A stretch of 64,000 nt of DNA from an uncultured delta proteobacterium (GCA_963727485.1 CAVSGM010000011.1:736001-800000); one strand, 5' to 3'. Positions 49,496-59,737 are shown, numbered from the stretch's first letter. Numbers and translations: made by a program. The notes: generated by a model from the sequence alone, not told the origin.

Positions 49496-49992
49496 GGGGT
49501 CCCGGCCTCCCGGGGCCGGGGATCGTAGGGACCGATGGGGTGATCGGCGCCGCCGAGGGGGAGCACGAAGCCGTCCCCCCGGGCTTCGACATGGAGCGCG
49601 AGTCGATGGTAGAGCGAGGGGGGGAACCGGCAGGGGACCGAGAGGCCATGACGCACCACCCGGCAGTAGAGCGCGTTGTCCGGCCCGGCCATGAGGGTGG
49701 TCGGGTCCAGGTCCTCGGTGGTGCCGTCGGAGAGCCCGAGGCGCGCCGCCGCCAGGTCGCCGCCGGGCCCGGCCTCGAGGTCGAGGCGGGTCACCAGGAA
49801 GGCGGCGTCGGCCACCTCGAGGGGCGCCCGGCTCCGGCCCACCTCGAGGTGGTAGCCGCCGTCCGGGTCCGGGACCACGCAGTGGGCGAAGAGGATCGCC
49901 ACCCGCGGGTGGAGGGGCGTGTCGCCGTGGAGCCAGCGGCCGTCGGCGGTGACCCGGATGGGCAGGTGCTCGAGCTCGAGGATCGTGGGCAC
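49492..49992 (-). CDS. DUF1285-like hypothetical protein
   Basis: IRVTADGRWLHG...LEVADAAFLV. Confidence 0.65.
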   Translation of the reverse strand: MPTILELEHLPIRVTADGRWLHGDTPLHPRVAILFAHCVVPDPDGGYHLEVGRSRAPLEVADAAFLVTRLDLEAGPGGDLAAARLGLSDGTTEDLDPTTLMAGPDNALYCRVVRHGLSVPCRFPPSLYHRLALHVEARGDGFVLPLGGADHPIGPYDPRPREAGTP

Positions 49993-50012
49993 GACGCCGA
50001 CAGGTATACCCC

Positions 50013-50324
50013 ATGAGCGGCGAGGTCCACCTGGGACCCGCCCCGGCCGAGGGGGCGCACCTCGGCTTCCGCCACGGCGACCGCTTCCTCCTGGTGGCCC
50101 GCCTCGGCGGCGCCCTCTACTGCATCGACGACTGGTGCAACCACGCCGGCTGCCTCCTCTCCGAGGGCGTCCTCGACGGCGAGGTGGTGGTCTGCCCCTG
50201 CCACAGCGGACGCTTCCGGGTCCGCGACGGCGTCAACGTCACCGAGGTCCGGCTCTGCGCCGACCAGGCGACCTACCCCGTGACCGAGCGCGACGGCGAG
50301 GTCTACCTCCTGGGAGACACGTGA
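50013..50324 (+). CDS. Rieske-type ferredoxin
   Basis: CNH...CPCH. Confidence 0.9.
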   Translation: MSGEVHLGPAPAEGAHLGFRHGDRFLLVARLGGALYCIDDWCNHAGCLLSEGVLDGEVVVCPCHSGRFRVRDGVNVTEVRLCADQATYPVTERDGEVYLLGDT

Positions 50325-50947
50325 TGACCACCCCCCGCGACGTCCTCGAGTGGCACGCCGAGCTGGACACCGGCGAGGTCGAGCCCCATCCCGCCTTCAG
50401 CCTCTACCCGGGCTCCACCGCGCTCCTGGTCATCGACCTGCAGGGGCGCGTCGGGGCCGCCATGCCCGAGGCGATCTGGGCGCGGACGGTGCACAACGCC
50501 ACCCTCCTCCTGGAGGCGGCGCAGCGCCTGGCGCTGCCGGTGATCGCCACCGAGCAGAACCCGGCGGGCCTCGGCCCCATCGACGAGGCGGTGCGCGCGG
50601 CCTTGCCCGAGGGCACCGAGCCGGTGTCCAAGATGGCCTTCAACTGCGGCGGCCTCGACGCCGTCCGGGGGCCCCTGCGCCAGGGCCGGCGCCGGCAGCT
50701 GGTGGTGTGCGGGCTGGAGACCCACGTCTGCGTGTTCCAGTCGGTGCGCTACCTGGTGGAGCGCGGGTTCTTCGTCCACGTGGTCGCCGACGCGACGTGC
50801 AGCCGGGCCAAGGAGAACTGGCGCCGGGGCCTGGAGCTGATGGCCGGGGCCGGGGCCACGGTGACCTCCACCGAGACGGTGATCTACGACCTGCTCCAGA
50901 CCGCCGAGCACCCGGCGTTCCGGGCGCTCCAGGCGCGGATCAAGTGA
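50324..50947 (+). CDS. Isochorismatase-family cysteine hydrolase
   Basis: LLVIDLQ, TEQNP, K, GLETHVCV. Confidence 0.9.
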   Translation: MTTPRDVLEWHAELDTGEVEPHPAFSLYPGSTALLVIDLQGRVGAAMPEAIWARTVHNATLLLEAAQRLALPVIATEQNPAGLGPIDEAVRAALPEGTEPVSKMAFNCGGLDAVRGPLRQGRRRQLVVCGLETHVCVFQSVRYLVERGFFVHVVADATCSRAKENWRRGLELMAGAGATVTSTETVIYDLLQTAEHPAFRALQARIK

Positions 50948-51492
50948 GCGGCCACGGCCACGGGCACGGGCATGGCCACCCCGTCCACGGCGACGCCCAC
51001 GGCCACGACCACGGCGACCCGAGCACCGTCTCGGTCCTGGTGGTCACCGTCTCCGACACCCGCACCGCCGCCGACGACGCCGGGGGCGACGCGGTCTGCG
51101 CCGCCCTCGAGGCCGCGGGTCACCGCCTCGCCGGCCGCCACCGCGTCCCCGACGATCCCGAGGCGGTCGGTCGCCTCCTCGACGAGGCCCTGCCGGCGAG
51201 CGGCGCCGACGCGGCGATCCTCACCGGCGGCACGGGCCTGACCGCCCGGGACGGCACCTACGAGGTGGTCGCCGCCCGCCTCGACAAGCGCCTCGACGGG
51301 TTCGGCGAGCTGTTCCGGATGCTCTCCTACGAGGCCCTCGGCGCGAGGGCCATGCTCTCCCGGGCCGTCGCCGGGCTCGCCTCCGGCCGCGTGATCTTCG
51401 CGATCCCGGGCAGCGAAAAGGCGGTCCACCTCGCGATGGACCGCCTCATCGTGCCGGTGCTGCCCCACGCGGTGGGGCAGGCCCGGCGGTAG
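50944..51492 (+). CDS. moaB: Molybdenum cofactor biosynthesis protein B (MoaB/MogA) with His-rich N-terminus
   Basis: TVSDTR, TGGTG, GFGELFR, MLSRA, PGS. Confidence 0.88.
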   Translation: MSGHGHGHGHGHPVHGDAHGHDHGDPSTVSVLVVTVSDTRTAADDAGGDAVCAALEAAGHRLAGRHRVPDDPEAVGRLLDEALPASGADAAILTGGTGLTARDGTYEVVAARLDKRLDGFGELFRMLSYEALGARAMLSRAVAGLASGRVIFAIPGSEKAVHLAMDRLIVPVLPHAVGQARR

Positions 51493-51505
51493 CGCTCGTT
51501 CCGGG

Positions 51506-52321
51506 CTACATCCCGGGGCTGGGGCCGTTGGACCCGCCCGGCGAGGGCCCGGTGTTGGTGCTGCCGCCCATGTCGCTGTTCCCCGGGGTGTCGGGGACCG
51601 CGTTCGGGTCGCTCTCACCGGCCTGGGCGGGCCGGGTCTGCACGTCGCCCGGGAGCTCCTTGACGCCCTCGCAGAGGCTGGTGAGCTTGCCCATGGGCTC
51701 CTTGGTCACGTACCACTTGCTGGAGTCGAGCTCCTCGAAGTTCACCAGCTTGCCGCCCTTGAAGTCGAGGGCGAGCTTGGGCATGGCCAGGTAGCGGCCG
51801 GTGGCGTCGCAGGCGCGGCGCTCGTAGATCCACTTGGTGGTGTCGCCGTGCTTCTCGATGCGGTTCGGGACCCCGATGGTGAGCATGAGCTGGGCGGGGG
51901 TCATGGAGCTGGCCACCTGGTGCTTGGCCACCAGGTCCTTCAGCTGGGCGCCGAGGCCGTCGAGGGGATCCTTGGCGCTGAACACCGACTCGAACTTCTT
52001 CTTGAAGGCGGCGTCGTCGGCCTCGCGCCAGTGGGTCTCGCAGGTGCCCTTGCAGGCGTCGGGGCCGGTGAAGTCCACCCGGTAGACGGGGGTCGAGCGC
52101 TCGATGCCGGTGACCGTGACCTTCTGCCCGGCGGTGAGGACCGGCGGGGCCCCGAAGACGTTGGGGTTGCGCCACCGCGGTCCCGAGAGGGGGCGGGCGA
52201 GGTAGTAGGTCTTCTGCTGGACGAAGCTGTAGAGGGGGTCGCCCTTCTTCACCAGCGAGGGGTTGCATCCGGCGACGGCCACCACCAGGGCGGCGGCCGC
52301 GAGCAGGCCTGTGGTACGCAT
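51506..52321 (-). CDS. Hypothetical lipoprotein with SmpA/OmlA-like motif
   Basis: VAGC lipobox; MT..Q....IG.P...W.Y. Confidence 0.65.
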   Translation of the reverse strand: MRTTGLLAAAALVVAVAGCNPSLVKKGDPLYSFVQQKTYYLARPLSGPRWRNPNVFGAPPVLTAGQKVTVTGIERSTPVYRVDFTGPDACKGTCETHWREADDAAFKKKFESVFSAKDPLDGLGAQLKDLVAKHQVASSMTPAQLMLTIGVPNRIEKHGDTTKWIYERRACDATGRYLAMPKLALDFKGGKLVNFEELDSSKWYVTKEPMGKLTSLCEGVKELPGDVQTRPAQAGESDPNAVPDTPGNSDMGGSTNTGPSPGGSNGPSPGM

Positions 52322-52442
52322 GGTCTCTCCCTTTGACGTGGGGTACCGCTTGGGTGCCGCTGTGCTACCAGTCCGCCAGCCGCCCACGCAAGCACCCGCG
52401 GGGGGGAAGTCGCCAGCGCGGCCGGCGGTTCGTCCGATGACC

Positions 52443-53351
52443 ATGGTTCCAAGCGACCCCCTGCCGCCGTGGCTCGTCCCCCGGCGCTACCGGAGCCCGG
52501 GCCGGGCCCGCGCCGCCCGGGCCCGTCGCGCCGAGCGCCTCCGGCCGGTCCTCGACGCCTTCCTGGCCACCCGGGATCCGGCGGCGCACCTCGCCAGCGA
52601 CCCGGTGAGCTTCCCCCGGCGCTACGTCGATCCGGTGGACCAGGCGCTGGTGGGGCTGTTGGCCTCGACCCTGGCCTTCGGGAACGTGGCCGCGATCCGG
52701 GCCTCGGTGGGCCGGGTCCTCGCGGTCCTCGGACCCCACCCGGCGCGGGCGGTGGTCGACCTCGGCCCCGAGCGCCTCGCCTCGGAGCTCGAGGGCTTCG
52801 TCCACCGGTGGATCCGCGGTGGAGACGTGGCCGCGCTCCTCCACGGCGCCGGGCGGGTCCTCGAGCGTCGCGGATCCCTGGGCGCCGCCTTCGAGGCCGC
52901 CTTCGCCGCCCACGACGGCGCCCTGCGCCCGGCCCTCGCCGCCTTCACCGCCGAGGTCCGGGGCGACGCCCCCGGCCGGGGCCTCGCCTGGCTGCTCCCC
53001 GACGGCACCGGCCCCGGGGCCGCCAAGCGCCTCCACATGTACCTGCGGTGGATGGTCCGGGGGCCCGACGCGGTGGACCTCGGCCTCTGGGACGTGCCCC
53101 CGGCGGCCCTCCTGGTGCCCCTGGACACCCACACCGGGCGCATCGCCCGCTACGTGGGGCTCACCGGCCGCCGGGACCTCACCTGGCGCACCGCCGAGGA
53201 GGTGACCTGGAACCTCCGGGCCCTCGATCCCCGGGACCCGGTGAAGTACGACTTCGCCCTCTGCCACCTCGGCGTGAGCCGCGGCTGCCTCCACCGCCGG
53301 GAGCCGGTGACCTGTGGCCGCTGCGACCTCCGGGCCGCCTGTCGGCTCTAG
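52443..53351 (+). CDS. TIGR02757/DUF2400 family protein
   Basis: SDPV, LAFG, KRLHMYLRWMVR, PLDTH, DPVKYDFAL, C-terminal Cys cluster. Confidence 0.88.
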   Translation: MVPSDPLPPWLVPRRYRSPGRARAARARRAERLRPVLDAFLATRDPAAHLASDPVSFPRRYVDPVDQALVGLLASTLAFGNVAAIRASVGRVLAVLGPHPARAVVDLGPERLASELEGFVHRWIRGGDVAALLHGAGRVLERRGSLGAAFEAAFAAHDGALRPALAAFTAEVRGDAPGRGLAWLLPDGTGPGAAKRLHMYLRWMVRGPDAVDLGLWDVPPAALLVPLDTHTGRIARYVGLTGRRDLTWRTAEEVTWNLRALDPRDPVKYDFALCHLGVSRGCLHRREPVTCGRCDLRAACRL

Positions 53352-53442
53352 GGTGAGGCGCCGGGTCGGCGGCGGGGCGGCCCCGGGAGGGGCACCGGTC
53401 CCCCCTTTACATGGCGCCCGCCGGGGCCTTTACTTGGACGCC

Positions 53443-55276
53443 ATGGGGCGCGTGCGAGTCTGGAGCCGTCGCGCCGGCGGGCCTTGGGGGATCCTGCTGC
53501 TGGTCCTGGTCCTGGCCGCCGGTGGGTGCGCCACGAGCCTCTCGGCCCGGGGGGACAGGGCGCTGGCCGCCGGGGATTCCGAGGGGGCGCTGCAGTTCTA
53601 CCGCAAGGCCCTCGCCAAGGATCCCGGCGATCCCCAGCTGCTGGGCAAGGTCGCCGAGGCCGAGGCCCGGGTGGCCATGGCGCGGACGGGCGAGGGGGAC
53701 GCCCGCCTCGTCGCCGGGGACGCCGCCGGCGCCTACGACCGGTACCACGCCGCCCTCGCGGTGAAGCCCGGCGACCCGGCGGCGACGGCCGGGGCGGCCG
53801 AGGCCCTGGGCCGGATCACCACCGAGGTCCGGACCCGGATCGACAAGGGCGCGTTCCAGGCCGCCCTCGACCATCTCGCCGCGGCGCAGAAGGCCGGGGT
53901 GCCGGCGGCCGCGGTCGCCGGGCTCCGCACCCAGGCCCGGGCTGGCCTCGCCCGGGCCGCCTGCGCCACCGGGAAGGCCTTCGAGGAGAAGGGCCTGCCG
54001 GGCAACGCGCTGCTCGCCTACCGCCGGGCCCGGCGCCTCGCCGGGGGCGGGTGCGGCGCCGCCGCGGCGGTGGTGCGCCTCCGGGGCGAGCTCGAGCGCG
54101 CGGTGCTCCTCGGGCTCCAGGTGAAGGTGGCGGGGGAGGGCCTCGACACCCTGATGGCCCCGGCCCTCGCCTGGGTGGCGGGCACCGGGGTGCCCATGCG
54201 CGTCGAGGGCCTGCCGCCGGCGCCGGCGACCGCCGACCCCGAAGGCCACCGCGACCCCGAAGGCCACCGCGACCCCGAAGGCGACCGCGACCCCGAAGGC
54301 GACCGCGACCCCGAAGGCGACCGCGACCCCGCCGGCCCGGCCGTCGCCGACGCCGACCGCCACGGTCCAGGTCACGGGCACCGTCACCGTGAAGACCGGC
54401 CACACCGAGACCGCGACCACCCTCACCCTGGTGCGCAAGGTCGGGGAGAAGACCGAGGCGAACCCCGAGTACAAGACCCTGCGCCGCCAGGCGGAGCAGC
54501 TCCTCAACCAGTACCACCAGCTCGAGGACCGGGTGTTCTCCCAGGCCCGGTACGTCCAGGCGCTCCACCAGGCCTACCTCCAGAGCCCGACCCCGGCCCT
54601 CTTCAACAGCCTCCAGGACGCCCTGCAGGTCCTCGACGACCTCAAGCAGCAGGCCGACGACATGGGCAGCCAGTACAACCGGGTCCGGGCGAAGCTGGGG
54701 CAGACCGCCGAGCTGCTCAAGAAGACGGTGACCGAGGACGCCAAGGTGAAGGCCACCGACGTCCGGGAGCACGCGACGGCCACCGGCGCGCTCACGATCA
54801 CCGCCCCCTGGCTGAAGGCGCCGGTGGAGCTGCCCCTCGACTTCGAGGTCAACGCCCAGGGCTATGCCTGGGACGCGGTGAAGGACAAGGGCATCCCCGC
54901 CCAGGTGGCGCCGGTGCCGGGCACCGTGGTCCTGATCCGCCGGGCGCGTCTCGGGGTCGGGCGCAAGCTCCTCCAGGCGGTGAAGGACGCCATCGAGGTC
55001 CGGGCCGACGCCCTGGTCGACGCCGGCGCCTCGGCCCGGAAGCGCGGGGACGCCGACACCGCCGTGGAGCGCTACGTCCAGGCCCTGATCCTCGATCCCA
55101 CCGCGCCCCGGCCGGCGATCCGCGGCTACCTCACCGACGCCCGGGGGGCCACCCTCGACGCGGTGAAGGCCCCGGGTCCGCTCACCGCCCCGACGCCGGC
55201 GCCGCCGACCCACGAGGCGAAGCCCGCCCCGGGGAAGGCGACGGCGGCCGAGAAGCGCGCGCCGGGGGCGGGCTGA
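53443..55276 (+). CDS. TPR lipoprotein with Pro/Thr/Ala linker and coiled coil; frameshift ~54233
   Basis: AGGC lipobox, TPR helices; continues in ORF 54389-55276. Confidence 0.7.
54235..54331 (+). repeat. 18 bp tandem repeat, 5 full units plus a partial
   Basis: GACCCCGAAGGC(C/G)ACCGC; encodes TPKATA in the likely true frame. Confidence 0.95.
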
Positions 55277-56801
55277 CCCCCGCGTCCGGCGGCGGCCGGT
55301 AGCCGTCGCAGCGCCACACCCGGAAGAGGGTGATCCGCCGGTGGCCCCGGTGCGCGAAGACGGGGCGGAGCGGGCGGACCCGGCTGCAGTACCGGGCGAG
55401 GTACCGCCGGGGGTGGAAGAGGGGATGGCGCCGGTCCACCACCACCACCGCCGTGACCCCGCGCCGGGCAGCCGGGTGGAACCAGTACCGGAAGGCCCGG
55501 CCGTCACCGCCGAAGGCGTTGGCCCCGGTCACCCGCCGGTCCCCCCGGGGGAGGTGCCAGGCGAGCTCGGCGGCGGTCTTGTAGTCCCAGCCCACCACGA
55601 AGGCGTCCGGGTGGAGGTGGTGGAGGTTCCAGTCGATGGCGGTCGCGAGCTCGGGCCAGCCGTCCCAGATGTCGGCGTGACGGCCCACGGGGATGGCCGG
55701 GACCAGGGGCAGGAGGTGGGCGAACACCGAGGCGGCGAGGCCCAGGCCCATGCCGGCGAAGGCGGTCACACGCACCCGCCTCCGGACCCAGCCGGCGGCC
55801 CACAGGCCCCCGAGGGCCACCAGGGCCCCGAGGTAGACCGGCCCCACCCAGTTGAGCTTCACCCAGGCGAAGGGGCTGACGACGGTGAACAGGGCGAGGC
55901 CCGGGGCGGTGGCCCAGAACAGGAGCCGGTAGCGCCCCTCCCCGGCGCGGCCCCGCCGGAAGGCGACGACGAGCGCCCACACCAGGCCGCCGTAGAGCAC
56001 CGGGGTGACCGCGGCGAGCTGGGCGCCCAGGTACTGGCCGAAGAGCGAGAGGCTGAAGCCCGGCGCCTCCCGGGCCCGGCGCGCGGTCTGGAAGGCGAAG
56101 GAGGCGAAGTGGTGGTCGGCGTTCCACACCAGCACCGGGGAGAAGACCGTGAGGGCCACCGCCACGCCCAGCCAGGGCCAGGGGGTCCGCAGCGCGCGGC
56201 GGCCCCGGGGCAGGACCCGGGCCGCGGCGAGGAGCGAGAACGGCAGGATGGCCGCGGTGAGCTTGGAGAGGCTGGCGGCGCCGACGAGGAGTCCCAGGAG
56301 GAGCCAGCGCCAGCCCAGCCGCCCCGGGCCCTTGCCGTCCTCGAGGAGGACCTCGCAGGCCGGAAGGAGCGCCGCGGCCCAGAAGAGGGTCAGGGGCACG
56401 TCGGGGGTGATGATCACCGCCCCGATGGCGAAGAGGATCGAGGTGGTGGCCGCTCCGGCCGCCAGGAGGCCCGCCAGGGGCGAGAAGAGGCGCTCGCCGA
56501 GGCGGTAGAGGATGAGGGTGAGCACGCCCGACGCGAGGACGCCCACCAGGCGCACGCCCAGGGGGGTGTGGCCGGCGACCGCCATCCCGGCTCGGATCCA
56601 CCAGGCCACCATGGGCGGGTGGTCGAGGTAGGAGAGGGCGGGGTGGGCCGCGTAGGCCTGGTAGTAGGCCTCCTGGGGCATGAGGCCCACCGATGCGGCG
56701 TAGACCAGGCGCGCGGCGGTGAGGATCACGGCCCCGGCCCCCACCAGCAGGCGCGCGGTCCGGGCCTTCATCCCGGGCCCGACCGGCGGGGACGAGGTCA
56801 C
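55182..56801 (-). CDS. ArnT/PMT-family (GT-C) glycosyltransferase
   Basis: QEAYY, YLDHPPM, TPD, SK, P.LVWN; many TM. Confidence 0.88.
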   Translation of the reverse strand: MTSSPPVGPGMKARTARLLVGAGAVILTAARLVYAASVGLMPQEAYYQAYAAHPALSYLDHPPMVAWWIRAGMAVAGHTPLGVRLVGVLASGVLTLILYRLGERLFSPLAGLLAAGAATTSILFAIGAVIITPDVPLTLFWAAALLPACEVLLEDGKGPGRLGWRWLLLGLLVGAASLSKLTAAILPFSLLAAARVLPRGRRALRTPWPWLGVAVALTVFSPVLVWNADHHFASFAFQTARRAREAPGFSLSLFGQYLGAQLAAVTPVLYGGLVWALVVAFRRGRAGEGRYRLLFWATAPGLALFTVVSPFAWVKLNWVGPVYLGALVALGGLWAAGWVRRRVRVTAFAGMGLGLAASVFAHLLPLVPAIPVGRHADIWDGWPELATAIDWNLHHLHPDAFVVGWDYKTAAELAWHLPRGDRRVTGANAFGGDGRAFRYWFHPAARRGVTAVVVVDRRHPLFHPRRYLARYCSRVRPLRPVFAHRGHRRITLFRVWRCDGYRPPPDAGVSPPPARASRPPSPSPGRASPRGSAAPASGR

Positions 56802-57688
56802 GTCCGTCGCGCGGGCTGGTGGAGCTCGAGGACGATCTCGCCGTTGCGGAAGACCCGCACCGTGCCGCTGGTCTGGGAGACGGTGATGGCGATGGCCTTG
56901 GTCTCCCGGGTGATGGCGGCGGCGGCGGTGTGCCGGGCCCCGAGGCCCAGCGGCACCTTCACGTCCTCGGTGGCCGCCTGGAGGTAGCGTCCGGCGGCGA
57001 GCACCACGCCGTCCTCCCGGACCACGAAGGCGCCGTCGAGGACGGCGAAGTTGTTGATGGCCTCGCGGATCCCCGGGTCGAGGACGTTGCGCTCGGCCTC
57101 GCTGATCCCCTGGAAGGGGTTGAGGGTGAGCTGCCGGGACTTCTCCATGACCGCGGTGGCGTCGCCCACGGCGATGAGGGTGCCCACCGGGTGCCCCTCG
57201 AAGCCGTCGTGGCCGATGCGGTTGGCGAGGTCGAGGAGGGCCTCGACCACCTGGTTGGAGAACTCCTCGGCGAGGTCGAGGGCGTCCACCGAGACCCGCT
57301 CGTCGAAGGTGGCGCCGATGCGCAGCTTCACCACCGTGTCCAGGGCCTTGGCCTGGCCGGTGACCGCGAGGACGAGGTCGCCCTCCTTGAGGACCCCGGC
57401 GGTGAGGGCGCTGACCACGGCGACCTTGATCTTCTCCACCCGGGAGTACTCGTAGGGTGGCACCAGCACGGCCCGGTAGCCCTTCTCCCGGAGGTCCTCG
57501 ACCAGGGCCTCGCTCGAGGCCGCGTAGAGGAGCTTCTTCTTGAGGGGGCGGCCCTTGAGCTCCTCGGGGGGCAGGGGCATGTCGGAGGCGTAGAGGAGCG
57601 TGTCCACCTCCTTCTTCGCCGCCAGCGAGAGGATCGACTTGAGGAAGGCCTTGTCCAGGCTCCGCGCGGCACTAGGGTCTCCGGCCAT
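56798..57688 (-). CDS. Diadenylate cyclase (DisA_N, soluble DacZ-like)
   Basis: LDGAF, GLGARHTAAA, VSQTSG; NPFQG. Confidence 0.88.
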   Translation of the reverse strand: MAGDPSAARSLDKAFLKSILSLAAKKEVDTLLYASDMPLPPEELKGRPLKKKLLYAASSEALVEDLREKGYRAVLVPPYEYSRVEKIKVAVVSALTAGVLKEGDLVLAVTGQAKALDTVVKLRIGATFDERVSVDALDLAEEFSNQVVEALLDLANRIGHDGFEGHPVGTLIAVGDATAVMEKSRQLTLNPFQGISEAERNVLDPGIREAINNFAVLDGAFVVREDGVVLAAGRYLQAATEDVKVPLGLGARHTAAAAITRETKAIAITVSQTSGTVRVFRNGEIVLELHQPARRT

Positions 57689-57919
57689 GGCGACGCCATC
57701 CTACCCGCGGCCGGAGGCCGGCTCCACTTTTGCCCCGTCCGCCCCTCCGGGAGGGCCCGGGGAGGCGCCCTGGGGAGGCGCCCTGGGGACCGGCGTCCGG
57801 CGGGATTCGGTTGACACGGGGCGCAACCGGCTGATAAACCGCCCAATCTTTTCGAAGCCGCCCTGGATCCGGCGGGGCTCAACGTCCCCGGCGGTGGCAG
57901 CGGTAGCAGGGGGTTCGCG

Positions 57920-58282
57920 TTGAACAAGCGGGATCTTCAGAAGTTCAAGACGCTCTTGGAGCAGTCGCGTCGTTCGCTCCTCCAGTCCGCGCGCAAGACG
58001 CTCGAGGAGGAGACGGTGCTCGACACCGACGACCTCCCGGACGAGATCGACCTGGCGTCCTCGGAGTACGCCCAGTCGATGGTCTTCCGCCTTCGGGACC
58101 GGGAGAAGTTCCTGCTCCGGAAGATTGACAAGGCCCTCGAGCGCATCGAGGAGGGCGAGTTCGGCATCTGCGAGTCCTGTGGCGAGGACATCAGCCCCAA
58201 GCGCCTCGAGGCGCGGCCGGTGACCACCTTGTGCATCCGGTGCAAGGAAGAGCAGGAGAAGGTCGAGAAGTCCTTCGGCTGA
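57920..58282 (+). CDS. dksA: DksA/TraR C4 zinc-finger protein
   Basis: DEIDLA, FGICESC, RLEARP, CIRCK; TTG start; TTGACA at 57811. Confidence 0.92.
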   Translation: MNKRDLQKFKTLLEQSRRSLLQSARKTLEEETVLDTDDLPDEIDLASSEYAQSMVFRLRDREKFLLRKIDKALERIEEGEFGICESCGEDISPKRLEARPVTTLCIRCKEEQEKVEKSFG

Positions 58283-58324
58283 TCGGCTGCGGGCCCGCGG
58301 GCCCGCGCCAGGGGGAGGGGCGCC

Positions 58325-58597
58325 ATGCCCCAGGTCGTGCTCACGCCGCATCTGGCGCGATTCTTTCCCGATCTCGCCGACGGCGAGATCCCCGGGAGGA
58401 CGGTGGCCCAGGTGATCGCCGCCCTCGACGGGCGCTGGCCGGGCCTTGGCCACTACCTGCTCGACGAGCGGGGCCGCCTGCGGCCCCACGTGAACGTCTT
58501 CGTGGACGGCGCCATGGTCACCGACCGCGAGGGCCTCTCGGACGAGGTGGCCGAGGGCGGCACCGTCCACATCCTGCAGAGCCTCTCCGGAGGCTGA
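58325..58597 (+). CDS. MoaD/ThiS ubiquitin-like protein
   Basis: HVNVFVDG, C-terminal LSGG. Confidence 0.88.
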   Translation: MPQVVLTPHLARFFPDLADGEIPGRTVAQVIAALDGRWPGLGHYLLDERGRLRPHVNVFVDGAMVTDREGLSDEVAEGGTVHILQSLSGG

Positions 58598-58626
58598 CGC
58601 CGCCCGCCGGCGGCGAGGGGGAAACC

Positions 58627-59706
58627 ATGGCCGAGACCCTGCTCCTCGGGACCCGCAAGGGCCTCGTGACCTACCGGCGCCAGGGCGGCGCCTGGCACCT
58701 GGACCAGGTGGCCTTCGAGGGGGTCCCGGTCCACTACGCGGTGGTCGACCCGCGCTCGGGGACCCTCTGGGCCTCCATGGCCCACGGCCACTGGGGCCCC
58801 AAGCTCCACCGGTCCACCGACGGCGGGCGCACCTTCGAGGCGGTGGCCCCACCGGTCTACCCCGAGGGCGCGAGCTGGCACGGGGAGCCCATGGCCCTGG
58901 AGGTCATCTGGACGGTGGCCCCGGGCGGGGCCGACGCGCCCGGGCGCCTCTACCTGGGCACCGACCCCGGGGGCCTCTTCGTCTCCGACGACGGCGGCGC
59001 CAGCTGGCGCCTCGACGAGGGCCTCTGGAACCACCCCACCCGGGAGACCCAGTGGTTCGCGGCCCCGGCGGGCAAGGGCCCGGTGCTCCACTCGATCCTC
59101 GTCGACCCCCGGGACCCGAAGAAGGTCCTGGTGGCGCTCTCCGCCGCGGGCGTGTTCGCCACCGAGGACGGCGGGGCCACCTGGGCGGCGCGCAACCAGA
59201 GCCTCGACGCCCCGTTCCTCCCGGACCCCAGCGTCGAGGCCGGCCACGACCCGCACCTCATCGTGCGCTGCGCCGCCGACCCCGACGTCATCTGGCAGCA
59301 GAACCACGCGGGGATCTGGCGCAGCACCGACAACGGGCGCACCTGGGGGAGCATCGCCGAGGCCGAGGGGCCGGCGCGCTTCGGCTTCGCCATCGCCGCC
59401 GACCACCGCAGCCCCGAGGTGGCGTGGATGGTGCCGGCGGCGGGCGACGACCGGCGCATGGCCATCGACGGGGCCCTGTGCGTCTGCCGCACCGAGGACG
59501 GGGGCCAGCGCTGGACGGCCCTGCGCGACGGGCTCCCGCAGGAGGGCTGCTTCGACCTGACCCTCCGCCAGGCCCTCGACGCCGACGGCGACACGCTGGC
59601 CTTCGGGACCACCACCGGGAACCTCTTCGTGTCCTCCGACGGCGGCGACGGGTGGGAGGCGGTGAGCCATCACCTGCCGCCCATCTACTCGGTGCGGTTC
59701 GCGTAG
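58627..59706 (+). CDS. Cytoplasmic BNR/Asp-box beta-propeller protein
   Basis: LGTRKG start; about six SxDGGxxW Asp-boxes. Confidence 0.88.
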   Translation: MAETLLLGTRKGLVTYRRQGGAWHLDQVAFEGVPVHYAVVDPRSGTLWASMAHGHWGPKLHRSTDGGRTFEAVAPPVYPEGASWHGEPMALEVIWTVAPGGADAPGRLYLGTDPGGLFVSDDGGASWRLDEGLWNHPTRETQWFAAPAGKGPVLHSILVDPRDPKKVLVALSAAGVFATEDGGATWAARNQSLDAPFLPDPSVEAGHDPHLIVRCAADPDVIWQQNHAGIWRSTDNGRTWGSIAEAEGPARFGFAIAADHRSPEVAWMVPAAGDDRRMAIDGALCVCRTEDGGQRWTALRDGLPQEGCFDLTLRQALDADGDTLAFGTTTGNLFVSSDGGDGWEAVSHHLPPIYSVRFA

Positions 59707-59737
59707 GCGGCGCCTGGCGACGGGCGCCGGCGGCGGC

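Noticed and set aside
54235..54331. CRISPR array
   Set aside because: Head-to-tail 18-mers with no spacers, inside a CDS; no cas genes in the window
55182..55276. Functional significance of convergent 3' overlaps (also 5812-5830 and 12517-12566)
   Set aside because: Low-complexity tails; such overlaps are common in GC-rich genomes
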